Assembly (NCBI GenBank): GCA_036500345.1
Contig: DASYCE010000031.1
Location: 98,728 to 162,727 of the forward strand
From: Gemmatimonadales bacterium
GTDB taxonomy: Bacteria; Gemmatimonadota; Gemmatimonadetes; Gemmatimonadales; GWC2-71-9
Direction of reading: 5' to 3'
Length of the DNA: 64,000 nucleotides
Made by a program: the position numbers and the translations under genes. Shown in pieces: positions 49,236-58,438 of this stretch. Below the pieces are notes generated by a model. The model searched no databases. It was not told where the DNA came from and was given only the letters and a program-made list of their open reading frames with translations. The first letter of the stretch is position 1; every line of letters starts with the position of its first letter.

Positions 49236-51191
49236 CTACGGCGCCAGCGCCCGACTCCTGACCTCCGCCAGCAGCCGCGCGGCGAATTCCTCGACCGGCA
49301 CGATCTCCTGCTTGTTCCCCGCTCCGCGCACCCGCACCGCGACGGTTCCCCCATCCGCTTCACGCTGACCGATCACCGCCATGTACGGCACGTGCATCAG
49401 CTCGCCGTCGCGGATCCGGTAGTTGAGCGTTTCGCCACGGTCGTCGAGATGGGCGCGAAGCCCGGCATCGCGCAGCCGCTCCGTGACCGCGCGCGCGGCA
49501 TCCAGCTGGGTATCGCCGATCGGAAGGATCCGCACCTGCTCGGGTGCGAGCCAGAGCGGGAACGCCCCGGCGAAGTGTTCGATCAGGATCGCCATGAACC
49601 GCTCGAACGAGCCGCTCACGGCGCGGTGGATGATCACCGGACGGTGCTCGGTGTTGTCCTCGCCGACGTACGAGAGGTCGAAGCGCTCGGGGTTGGAGTA
49701 GTCGAGCTGGATGGTGCCGAGTTGCCATTTCCGGCCGATCGCGTCCTCGACGTCGAAGTCGATCTTGGGACCGTAGAACGCACCATCGCCGGCCTTGAGT
49801 TCGTACGGCAGGCCAGTTGCCTCGAGGGCGTGACGAAGGGAGCGCTCCGCTTCATCCCACATCTGGTCGGAGCCGATCCGCTGCTCCGGCCGCGTGGCGA
49901 ACTTGAGCGCCGCCTTGAGGCCGAAGGTGGCGTAGTACTTGAGGATGAACTGCACCAGTCGATGCACCTCGGCCTGGATCTGCCGCTCCATCAGGAAGAT
50001 GTGGCAATCGTCCTGCTGGAACTGGCGCACGCGGGTCAGCCCGGAGAGCGCGCCGGAGACTTCGTTGCGATGCAGCACGTCGTACGTGTTGTAGCGCAGC
50101 GGCAATTCCTTGTACGAATGCTTCTTTGCCTGATACAACAGGTAGTGCGACGGACAGTTCATCGGCTTGAGCGAGAAGTCGTGCTCGCCGGTTTCCTTGT
50201 CGAGGACCAGGAACATGTTCTCCTGGTACTTCCCCCAATGTCCGGAGATCTCCCAGAGCGCCTTGTTGAAGAGGAGCGGCGTGCGCACTTCGTGGTAGCC
50301 GTCGCGCTGCAGCTCGCGGAGGTAGCCGTTGATCTCGTTGATCATCACCGTGCCGCGATCGGTCCAGAAGGCGGCGCCCGGCGCGAAGGGATGGAACAGG
50401 AAGAGATCGAGATGCCGGCCAACCACGCGATGGTCGCGCTTCTTGGCTTCATCGAGCCGCGAGAGATGCTGGGCAAGATCGTCCTTCTTGAAGAAGGCAG
50501 TGCCGTAGATCCGCTGCAGCATCTGTCGCGACGAATCGCCACGCCAGTACGCGCCCGCGCCCGACAGCAGCTTGAAGTGCTTCAGCTTCCCGGTGCTCGG
50601 CACGTGGGGGCCGCGGCAGAGATCGACGAACGGACCGTCGGTGTAGACGGTGATCGTCTCGTCGGCGCCGAGTTCGGAGATGCGCTCGAGCTTGAGTGGA
50701 TCGTCGGCGAACCGGCGATTCGCCTCGTCGCGGTCGACGACTTCGCGCACGAACGGATAGTCGTTGGCGACGACGACGGCCATCTTCGCCTCGATCTCCT
50801 CGAGATCCTCTGGCGTGAACGGTCGCGGCACGGCGAAGTCGTAGTAGAACCCCTCGTCGATCGCGGGGCCGAAACCGATCCCCGCGTCGGGAAAGACCTC
50901 GCGCACCGCCGTCGCGAGGATGTGCGCGGCGGAGTGACGCAGGACGCCGAGGGAGTCGGCATCGCGCTCGGTGAGAATGGCGACGCGATCACCGTCCTCC
51001 AGAGGGCGGGAGAGATCGCGGATCTGGTCGTTCACCCGGATCGCCACGGCGGCGCGTGCGAGGCCGGGGCCGATCGCCGCCGCCAGCTCCGCTCCGGTCG
51101 TCCCGGGCGCGACTTCGCGCACGGAGCCGTCGGGAAGGGTGACGCGGATCGGACCGGACATCGCGGGTGCTGCGCTCGCAGTTGGCACCAT
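49236..51191 (-). CDS. thrS: Threonine--tRNA ligase
   Basis: Trimmed to ATG at 51191 (AGGAG at plus 51195..51199 on the minus strand). TGS domain (IRVTLPDGSVREV), editing domain (HSAAHILATAV), and class II core (FRGEESLREH-like, HRAVSGSFERF). A start at 51161 is also possible. Confidence 0.95.
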   Translation of the reverse strand: MVPTASAAPAMSGPIRVTLPDGSVREVAPGTTGAELAAAIGPGLARAAVAIRVNDQIRDLSRPLEDGDRVAILTERDADSLGVLRHSAAHILATAVREVFPDAGIGFGPAIDEGFYYDFAVPRPFTPEDLEEIEAKMAVVVANDYPFVREVVDRDEANRRFADDPLKLERISELGADETITVYTDGPFVDLCRGPHVPSTGKLKHFKLLSGAGAYWRGDSSRQMLQRIYGTAFFKKDDLAQHLSRLDEAKKRDHRVVGRHLDLFLFHPFAPGAAFWTDRGTVMINEINGYLRELQRDGYHEVRTPLLFNKALWEISGHWGKYQENMFLVLDKETGEHDFSLKPMNCPSHYLLYQAKKHSYKELPLRYNTYDVLHRNEVSGALSGLTRVRQFQQDDCHIFLMERQIQAEVHRLVQFILKYYATFGLKAALKFATRPEQRIGSDQMWDEAERSLRHALEATGLPYELKAGDGAFYGPKIDFDVEDAIGRKWQLGTIQLDYSNPERFDLSYVGEDNTEHRPVIIHRAVSGSFERFMAILIEHFAGAFPLWLAPEQVRILPIGDTQLDAARAVTERLRDAGLRAHLDDRGETLNYRIRDGELMHVPYMAVIGQREADGGTVAVRVRGAGNKQEIVPVEEFAARLLAEVRSRALAP

Positions 51192-51225
51192 ATCTCTCCT
51201 GATTCGAGGCTTGTAGTTTATCACC

Positions 51226-51669
51226 ATGGCGCGCATCACAGTACGCAGCACGACCGATCGGAGTCACCCGGCGGCAACCATCGGCGTGGTGGTTGCCGGT
51301 CTCGGGCTGGGCCTGGCGGTCGGATTCATTCTCGGCGAACTCGCCGGTCCGCTAGCCGCGCGAACGATCCGCCGGCGGGGAAATGGGGCCGTTCCGCGGC
51401 CGGTAGTCGCCGACCTGGTGCGTCGGGCCGAAGATGCCCTCGCGCTCGACCCGTCGCTCGACGCGCTGGCGCTCGACGTGGTCGCGGTGCGATCGGGTGG
51501 CGTCGAGCTGCACGGCTGGGTCACCGATCGCCCGATGCGGGTACAGGTGCTCCGGCGCGTCGCCGAGGCGATTCATCCCGCGGCAGTGATCGACTGCCTT
51601 CGTGTCACCGGCGAAGACGACGAGGAGTCGTTGCCGGTCGAGTACGCCGCCGGTCCATGCATCGCATGA
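51226..51669 (+). CDS. BON-domain-like membrane protein
   Basis: 147 aa. TM helix IGVVVAGLGLGLAVGFILGELAG. LDVVAVRSGGVELHGWVTDRPMRVQVLRRV is BON-like. The stop overlaps the valS start (ATGA at 51666..51669). Confidence 0.5.
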   Translation: MARITVRSTTDRSHPAATIGVVVAGLGLGLAVGFILGELAGPLAARTIRRRGNGAVPRPVVADLVRRAEDALALDPSLDALALDVVAVRSGGVELHGWVTDRPMRVQVLRRVAEAIHPAAVIDCLRVTGEDDEESLPVEYAAGPCIA

Positions 51670-54335
51670 CTGCTCCGCTCGCACCGCAATTCGATCCGAA
51701 GGAGATCGAAGGGCCGCTCTATCGCTGGTGGCTCGAGCAGCGCCTCTTCCACGCCGATCCCGACGCTCCCGGCGACCCGTACGTGATCCAGATGCCGCCG
51801 CCGAACGTGACCGCGCGGCTGCACATGGGCCACGGGCTCAACGACACCGTCCAGGATGTCATCATCCGCTTCGAGCGGATGCGCGGTCGCAACACGCTCT
51901 GGATGCCGGGGACCGACCACGCCGGCATCGCCACGCAGAACGTGGTGGAGAAGCAGCTCGCCCGCGAAGGGCTGACGCGCTTCGATCTCGGGCGCGACGC
52001 CTTTGTCGACCGGGTGAAGGCGTTCGTCCGCGAGACCGGCGGCGAGATCCTCACGCAGCTCCAGGCGCTCGGCTGTTCGGCGGACTGGGATCGCACCTAC
52101 TACACACTGTCGCCGGAGCTCTCCTCGACGGTCCGCGAAGTCTTTGTGCGGCTCCACGAAAAGGGGCTGATCTATCGCGGGAAGTACATCGTCAACTGGT
52201 GTCCCCGCTGCCTGACGACGCTGAGCAACGAAGAGGTCGAGAAGGAAGAACAGCCATCCTCGCTCTGGCACTTCCGGTATCCGCTGGCAAACGGCGTGGG
52301 GAGCATCGTGGTCGCCACGACACGTCCGGAGACGATGCTCGGCGACACCGGGATCGCGGTGCATCCTGATGATCCGCGCTACCAGGCGATCATCGGAGAA
52401 CTGGTCCAGCTGCCGCTCACCGACCGGCAGATTCCGATCGTTGCCGATGCAGCGGTCGATCCCGCGTTCGGAAGCGGTGCGGTCAAGGTCACGCCGGCGC
52501 ACGATCCGATCGACTTCGAGATCGGGCAGCGCCACGGATTGATGACGATCGACGTCATGACGCCGGAAGCGCGGATGAGCCAGACCGTGCCGGAATCGTT
52601 CCAGGGACTCGATCGCTACGACGCGCGGCGACGCGTCGTCGCGGCACTCGACCAGCTCGGATTCCTGGAGAAGATCGAGCCGCATACCCACGCCGTCGGC
52701 CACTGCTATCGCTGCGGCACCGTCGTCGAGCCGCGGCTCTCCGATCAATGGTTCGTCAAGATGGCGCCGCTCGCCAAGCCGGCGCTCGCGGCGTATCGCG
52801 ACGGCACGCTTCGCTTCATTCCCGAGTTCCAGGGCGGTGTGTACGCGCACTGGCTGGAGAACATCCGCGACTGGTGCATCTCGCGACAGCTCTGGTGGGG
52901 ACACCGGATTCCGGTCTGGTACTGCCAGCACGACGGCTGCCGCCAGATGATCGTCGCGCGTGAAGATCCGGCAGCGTGTCCATCGTGTCACGGCCCGGTG
53001 GTGCAGGACGAGGATGTGCTCGACACCTGGTTCTCGTCGTGGCTGGTGCCGTTCACGTCCCTCGGCTGGCCGGAGCGGACAGCGTCGTTGCAGCGATTCT
53101 ATCCCAGCCACACGCTGATCTCGGCGCCGGAGATCATCTATCTCTGGGTCGCGCGGATGATCATGTCGGGGATCGAGTTCATGGGCGAGGTTCCCTACAC
53201 CACGATCTACCTGCACGGCACGGTCCGCGACACGCAGCATCGCAAGATGTCGAAGTCGCTCGGCAACGGGATCGATCCGGTTGCCGTGATCGACCGATAC
53301 GGCGCCGACGCGCTGCGCTACACCGTCGTCAGCGGGATGTCGGTGGGGACCGACGTGATCCTCGATCCCGACGACCTCGAGACGTCGTTCGCCTCGGGGC
53401 GGTACTTCGCCAACAAGCTGTGGAACATCGGACGGCTTCTCCTCGGACATCTGGCGGACGGAGCGGCGCCACTCGATGCCATCGCGCCGGAACGACTGAC
53501 CCTCGCCGACCGCTGGATCCTGTCGCGGCTGCACGACGCGATCGGCGAGGCGACCTCGTCATACCAGTCGTTCGAGCTCAATCACGCGACCGCGGCGATC
53601 TACCATTTCCTCTGGACCGACTTCGCCGACTGGTACCTGGAACAGATCAAGCCGAGGCTCTACGGCAACGTTGACGGCGGAGATGTGGCGCGAGCCATTG
53701 CCGCGCATGCGTTCGACGTCGCCCTGCGGTTGCTGCATCCGGTGATGCCGTTCATCACCGAAGCGCTCTGGCAGCGGCTGCCGAACCACGAGGGCGGCGC
53801 ATCGATCGTCCGCGCGGCGTGGCCGGCGGGCAGCTCCGCGCGGCTGGATGCCGCGGCCGTCGAAGACTTCACCACGGTACAGCGACTGGTCGATGCGATT
53901 CGCGGCGTGCGCGCCGAATACAAGGTGCCACCCGGGACGCCGGTGCACGTCACCATCGCCGATGCGAGTGCACTGGCGCAGCGTGCCATTGCCGCCGAAG
54001 GTGACACGATCCGCCGGCTGGCAAAGGCGAGTGCACTCGAAGCCGGAAGTGGTGGAGGGCAATCGGGAGGCACGGCGGTCCTCGACGACGGGACCAAGAT
54101 CATCGTCCCGCTGGGCGATCTCGTCGACATCGAGAAGGAGTGCGCCCGGCTCGGCGCCGAGGCCGACAAGCTCGACAGGCTGATCGCGTCGCAGGAAGGG
54201 AAACTGGCGAACGAACAGTTCGTCTCCCGCGCGCCGGCCGCGGTGATCGAGAAGGAGCGGGAGAAACTGGTCGCGTGGCGTGCGCAGGTGGCTGCCATGC
54301 GCGATCAACGGCGCACGCTGGGATGTGCCGGCTGA
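51666..54335 (+). CDS. valS: Valine--tRNA ligase
   Basis: The 1765-aa ORF-track entry (49038..54335) trimmed to the in-frame ATG at 51666: MTAPLAPQFDPKEIEGPLYRWW...PPPNVTARLHMGHG (HIGH), KMSKSLGN (KMSKS), C-terminal coiled coil. 889 aa. The upstream 876 codons are antisense to thrS and are artefact. Confidence 0.95.
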   Translation: MTAPLAPQFDPKEIEGPLYRWWLEQRLFHADPDAPGDPYVIQMPPPNVTARLHMGHGLNDTVQDVIIRFERMRGRNTLWMPGTDHAGIATQNVVEKQLAREGLTRFDLGRDAFVDRVKAFVRETGGEILTQLQALGCSADWDRTYYTLSPELSSTVREVFVRLHEKGLIYRGKYIVNWCPRCLTTLSNEEVEKEEQPSSLWHFRYPLANGVGSIVVATTRPETMLGDTGIAVHPDDPRYQAIIGELVQLPLTDRQIPIVADAAVDPAFGSGAVKVTPAHDPIDFEIGQRHGLMTIDVMTPEARMSQTVPESFQGLDRYDARRRVVAALDQLGFLEKIEPHTHAVGHCYRCGTVVEPRLSDQWFVKMAPLAKPALAAYRDGTLRFIPEFQGGVYAHWLENIRDWCISRQLWWGHRIPVWYCQHDGCRQMIVAREDPAACPSCHGPVVQDEDVLDTWFSSWLVPFTSLGWPERTASLQRFYPSHTLISAPEIIYLWVARMIMSGIEFMGEVPYTTIYLHGTVRDTQHRKMSKSLGNGIDPVAVIDRYGADALRYTVVSGMSVGTDVILDPDDLETSFASGRYFANKLWNIGRLLLGHLADGAAPLDAIAPERLTLADRWILSRLHDAIGEATSSYQSFELNHATAAIYHFLWTDFADWYLEQIKPRLYGNVDGGDVARAIAAHAFDVALRLLHPVMPFITEALWQRLPNHEGGASIVRAAWPAGSSARLDAAAVEDFTTVQRLVDAIRGVRAEYKVPPGTPVHVTIADASALAQRAIAAEGDTIRRLAKASALEAGSGGGQSGGTAVLDDGTKIIVPLGDLVDIEKECARLGAEADKLDRLIASQEGKLANEQFVSRAPAAVIEKEREKLVAWRAQVAAMRDQRRTLGCAG

Positions 54336-55735
54336 AGCGGTGGGCGCTCTTCGCTCTCACCGCGGGTGTGATCGCGTGTGCGCGGATGGAAGCACCTCCC
54401 GGTGGCCCACCGCGGTTCATCGCGCCAGTCCTGCTGAGCACCTTCCCCGCCGATACGACCTGCGTCGCACCGCTCCGCGGCGACGCGGAGTTCGTCCTCG
54501 ATGAGGTGGTGAGCTACGGCTCGCAACCGAATTTCGGCCTTGGTACCGGCGACATCGAGAAATTGGTCCTGCTCTCGCCGGACACGCTTATCCCTGCGGT
54601 GGCGTGGCAACGAAATCGGATCGGCGTGCGGCCACGCCATGGCTGGCGGCCGAACACCGCCTACCGGATCGAACTCCTCCCCGGTCTGCGCGACGTCCAT
54701 CCCCGCCAGAACCAGATGAAGACCGGCGGCGTCATTTCCTTCAGCACCGGCGGCGCCTGCCCCACTCGGTCGCTGTCGGGGCGGGCCGTCGACTGGGCGA
54801 CGCGACGCGGCGTCCCGCAGGCATTCGTCGACGCGATTCACCTTCCCGATTCGTTGCATTACCGGACCATCGCCGACTCGACCGGACGCTTCGTGATGCA
54901 GCGGCTCCCCGACGGGATCTTCCTGGTGCGCGCAGTGATCGATCAGAACCAGGATCATCGCTGGCAGGTGACCGAGTCATGGGATACGGTGCGCGCGGGT
55001 CCCGGCCGAGATTCGGTGGGCGAGATCTGGGCATTCCAGCGCGACACATTCCCGCCAAAGATCCAGACAGCCGCGCGGCAGGACTCGAACACCATCGCGG
55101 TCACGTTCACACGGCCGGTCGATCCGTTCCTGCGGCTGGACAGCACCGCGATGCGGGTCGTGGTGATCCTGCCATCGGGCGATTCGGGGTCGATCGGGCC
55201 GATCGAGGCGATGCCGAAGGCGCTCTACGATTCGCTGCATCCGGCGGTCGCGGCGCACTCGGCTGCGAAGGACAGCGCGGCGGTGCGGGATTCGGTCGCG
55301 AAGGATTCGGCGCGGAAGGCCGAGGCACTCCGGCCGACGCTCACCAAGATCATCAAGGCACCGCCGGTGGTCGACGACTCGCCGAAAGAGAAGCGGCCTG
55401 AGCTCGGCACGATCATCGTGATCCGGACGCGCGGCAAATTGCAGCTGGGGGAGAAGTACGTCATCGAACTGAAGGGAGTGAAGCTCGCCGGCGGGGCGAC
55501 AGGAAATCCTCCGCTCTATCCATTTGAGGTGCCGAAACCGACGGCGGCGGATAGTGCGAAGGCGAAGACCGATTCGATCGCCAAGGTGAAGGCCGATTCG
55601 ATCGCTCGCGCGAAGACAGACTCACTCAAGACAGCGCGGGATACCACCCGGAAGCCGACGCGGCCTGACTCCGGCACCCCCGTGATACCGCCGCCGGTGA
55701 AGGCGGACACCCACCGCGTGGTCCGGCATCGATGA
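54323..55735 (+). CDS. Lipoprotein with Ig-like (SbsA/Big_5-like) domains and a Lys/Asp/Ser-rich C-terminal tail
   Basis: Trimmed to ATG at 54323 (MCRLKRWALFALTAGVIACA, lipobox). The C-terminus has short repeats AKTDSIAKVKADSIARAKTDSLK. The domain call is tentative. Confidence 0.55.
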   Translation: MCRLKRWALFALTAGVIACARMEAPPGGPPRFIAPVLLSTFPADTTCVAPLRGDAEFVLDEVVSYGSQPNFGLGTGDIEKLVLLSPDTLIPAVAWQRNRIGVRPRHGWRPNTAYRIELLPGLRDVHPRQNQMKTGGVISFSTGGACPTRSLSGRAVDWATRRGVPQAFVDAIHLPDSLHYRTIADSTGRFVMQRLPDGIFLVRAVIDQNQDHRWQVTESWDTVRAGPGRDSVGEIWAFQRDTFPPKIQTAARQDSNTIAVTFTRPVDPFLRLDSTAMRVVVILPSGDSGSIGPIEAMPKALYDSLHPAVAAHSAAKDSAAVRDSVAKDSARKAEALRPTLTKIIKAPPVVDDSPKEKRPELGTIIVIRTRGKLQLGEKYVIELKGVKLAGGATGNPPLYPFEVPKPTAADSAKAKTDSIAKVKADSIARAKTDSLKTARDTTRKPTRPDSGTPVIPPPVKADTHRVVRHR

Positions 55736-56280
55736 CGGGCAACGGATCGCCGCGGCGCGCCGTCTTCCTCGATCGTGACGGGACGCTGATCGACGATCCG
55801 GGATATGTCGACGATCCCGCACGAGTCCACCTGCTCCCTGGAGTCGCCGAGGCGCTGCAGGCGCTCGAGCGGGCCGGGTTTCTCCGAATCATCATCACGA
55901 ATCAATCGGCGATCGGTCGCGGGTGGATTACCTCCGATCAATACCTCACGATCCAGCGGGAAGTCGAGCGGCAACTCATCGCTGCGGGCGCGTCGATTGA
56001 CGCTACGTATCACTGTCCCCACACGCCGGACGCCGGATGCACCTGCCGCAAGCCCGGGACTGCACTCCATCGGGAAGCGGTCGCCAGCTGGACGATCGAT
56101 GTCGCTGCAAGCTGGTGCGTCGGCGACCAGATCCGCGACCTCGAACCGGCGCGGGAGCTGGGCTGCCGGTCGCTCCTGGTCCGCACCGGGAAGGGAGCCG
56201 CCGCAGTTGATGAGGCGGTCGCCCTGGGGGCTGCCGTCGCTGACGATCTCGCCGCGGGGATCGGGCTCCTCACTCGTTAG
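55732..56280 (+). CDS. gmhB: HAD-IIIA phosphatase, D-glycero-D-manno-heptose-1,7-bisphosphate 7-phosphatase-like
   Basis: 182 aa. FLDRDGTLI (DxDxT), ITNQS, the Zn-loop CPHTPDAGCTCRKP, and GDQIRD. ATGA overlap with the upstream stop. Confidence 0.7.
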   Translation: MTGNGSPRRAVFLDRDGTLIDDPGYVDDPARVHLLPGVAEALQALERAGFLRIIITNQSAIGRGWITSDQYLTIQREVERQLIAAGASIDATYHCPHTPDAGCTCRKPGTALHREAVASWTIDVAASWCVGDQIRDLEPARELGCRSLLVRTGKGAAAVDEAVALGAAVADDLAAGIGLLTR

Positions 56281-56290
56281 ATTTGCGCCC

Positions 56291-56887
56291 GTGACGTACC
56301 GGGTGGCGGTCGCGGCCTCCGGCCGTGGTAGCAATTTCAGTGCACTCTGCGACGCGCTGGCGGGAAGCGACACCGCTCGAGTGGTGCTGCTGATTACCGA
56401 TCGAGATGCACCGGTAATGAGCGCCGCCACAGACCGCGGCGTCGCCTCCCACCGGCTTGTTGATTCCGCCAGCGCCGACGAATGGCGCCGGGCACTCGTC
56501 GAGGTGTCGTGCGACCTCCTCGTTCTCGCCGGCTACCTGCGACTGGTGCCGGCGGGGGTGGTCGAGGCGATGCGCGGACGGATCATCAACGTTCATCCGG
56601 CGCTGTTGCCGGGATACGGTGGCAAGGGGATGCACGGCGATCGAGTACACGCCGCGGTGCTCGCCGCCGGCGATCGAGAGAGCGGTGCCACGGTGCATCT
56701 CGTCGACGAAGTTTATGACCGCGGCGAGATCCTGGCGCAGGGGCGGGTTGCCGTGCCGCCGGGAGCGACCAGCGCGGAACTGGCGCGAGCGGTGCTGGCC
56801 GTCGAGCACCGAATTCTTCCCGCCGCGGTGCTCGCCGCCGCAGCGGCCGGACGACCGGTACGATTCGAGTTTGCTGATGCTGTCTGA
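56291..56887 (+). CDS. purN: Phosphoribosylglycinamide formyltransferase
   Basis: Trimmed to the in-frame GTG at 56291 (VTYRVAVAASGRGSNFSAL). INVHPALLPGYGGKGMHG and SGATVHLVDEVYDRGEIL motifs. 198 aa. Confidence 0.85.
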   Translation: MTYRVAVAASGRGSNFSALCDALAGSDTARVVLLITDRDAPVMSAATDRGVASHRLVDSASADEWRRALVEVSCDLLVLAGYLRLVPAGVVEAMRGRIINVHPALLPGYGGKGMHGDRVHAAVLAAGDRESGATVHLVDEVYDRGEILAQGRVAVPPGATSAELARAVLAVEHRILPAAVLAAAAAGRPVRFEFADAV

Positions 56888-56893
56888 TCGGAG

Positions 56894-58432
56894 ATGCCGC
56901 TGATGCCGCGTGCGCTGATTTCGGTGAGCGACAAGCGTGGAATTCTCGCCTTTGGCGAAGGCTTGGCGCGCCTGGGGTGGGAGCTGGTCTCCACCGGCGG
57001 GACGGCGGCGCTCCTGCGCGAGGGCGGTGTCGATGTGACGACGGTCGACGAGGTGACCGGCTTCCCCGAGATCCTCGACGGGCGCGTCAAGACGTTGCAT
57101 CCCGCGATCCATGCCGGGCTCCTCACCCGTCCCGATCGCACCGAACATCTCCGGCAGATGGACGAATTCGGCTTCGACCGGTTCGACCTCGTCGCGGTCA
57201 ACCTCTATCCGTTCCAGGCGACGATCGCGCATCCGGGCGTGACGTTCGAGGATGCGATCGAGAACATCGACATCGGCGGTCCCTCGATGTTGCGATCGGC
57301 AGCGAAGAACTTCGAGTACGTCCTCCCCGTCGTCGATCCGAAGGATTACGCCCGGGTGCTCGACCTCCTCAGCCGCGGCGAGATCGATTTCGAGACCCGC
57401 CGCGAATTCGCCGCGAAGGTCTTCATTCATACCGCCGACTACGACAGCGCGATCGCCCACTACCTCACGCCGTGGCAGGACACGCTGCCGCCGCGGGTGA
57501 CGCTGTCGATGGAGCAGCGGCAGGTGCTGCGCTACGGCGAGAACCCGCAGCAGCGCGCCGGCCTCTATGTGACCGAGGAGCCGCGGGGCATCGGTGACCT
57601 GACCCAGCGGCAGGGGAAGGAACTGTCGTTCAACAACATCCTCGATATCGACGCCGCGATGCTCGCGGTCGCATCGTGGAGCAACGAGGTTGCCTGCGCC
57701 GTCATCAAGCACACCACACCGTGCGGCGTGGCACTGGGGCGGTCGGTCGCCGAAGCGTTTCAGCGCGCCCGCGCATCTGATCCGGTGTCGGCGTTCGGGT
57801 CGGTGATCGCGTTCAACACGGTGGTTGATCGAACGGCGGCGGAAGCGATGAGCGACCTGTTCATCGAGGTGGTGGTCGCCCCGGCGTTCCACGCCGATGC
57901 CCTCGCCGTCTTCTCGGCGCGGAAGAATCTCCGGGTGGTGGAGTTGCCGGTGACGCGGGCCCCGCACGGGCTCGACTGGAAGAAGATTCGCGGCGGGTTC
58001 CTGATTCAGGACCAGTTCACCTTCTCACCGGCCGAAGAACACTGGCGCGTCGCGACCACGCGTGAACCGACCGAGGAAGAGATGAATGACCTCCGCTTTG
58101 CCTGGGCAGCGGTGGCCACGGTGAAGTCAAACGCCATTGTGCTGAGCCGCGACCGGCAGACGATCGGGATCGGCGCCGGGCAGATGAGCCGGGTCGACGC
58201 TGCCTTTCTCGCGATCTACAAGGCGCGCCAGTCGGGACACCCGACGGCGGGCGCCGTGCTCGCCTCCGACGGCTTCTTTCCGTTCGCTGACGGCGTCGAG
58301 CAGGCGGCATCGGCCGGGGTCCGCGCAATCATCCAGCCCGGCGGATCGGTCCGCGACGCCGAAGTCACCGAAGCGGCTAACAAACTGGACATTGCGATGG
58401 TATTGACCGGTGTCCGGATGTTCCGCCACTAG
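56894..58432 (+). CDS. purH: Bifunctional AICAR transformylase / IMP cyclohydrolase
   Basis: 512 aa. [11 protein letters not shown]...STGGTA...[15 protein letters not shown] (MGS-like domain). C-terminal AICARFT motifs ([19 protein letters not shown]). Confidence 0.95.
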   Translation: MPLMPRALISVSDKRGILAFGEGLARLGWELVSTGGTAALLREGGVDVTTVDEVTGFPEILDGRVKTLHPAIHAGLLTRPDRTEHLRQMDEFGFDRFDLVAVNLYPFQATIAHPGVTFEDAIENIDIGGPSMLRSAAKNFEYVLPVVDPKDYARVLDLLSRGEIDFETRREFAAKVFIHTADYDSAIAHYLTPWQDTLPPRVTLSMEQRQVLRYGENPQQRAGLYVTEEPRGIGDLTQRQGKELSFNNILDIDAAMLAVASWSNEVACAVIKHTTPCGVALGRSVAEAFQRARASDPVSAFGSVIAFNTVVDRTAAEAMSDLFIEVVVAPAFHADALAVFSARKNLRVVELPVTRAPHGLDWKKIRGGFLIQDQFTFSPAEEHWRVATTREPTEEEMNDLRFAWAAVATVKSNAIVLSRDRQTIGIGAGQMSRVDAAFLAIYKARQSGHPTAGAVLASDGFFPFADGVEQAASAGVRAIIQPGGSVRDAEVTEAANKLDIAMVLTGVRMFRH

Positions 58433-58438
58433 GGAATC

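Noticed and set aside
49038-51665. The first 876 codons of the 1765-aa plus-strand ORF (49038..54335), which would make a giant protein fused to ValRS
   Set aside because: This stretch is antisense to thrS and the propeller gene, and extremely Arg/Gly/His-rich (a high-GC frame artefact). ValRS has a canonical N-terminus at the in-frame ATG 51666, which also forms an ATGA junction with the upstream gene.
56888-58432. ZTP, glycine or TPP riboswitches upstream of purH, glyA or thiL
   Set aside because: These genes have essentially no leader (6-nt gap before purH; glyA and thiL starts overlap the preceding genes), so there is no room for a riboswitch aptamer.
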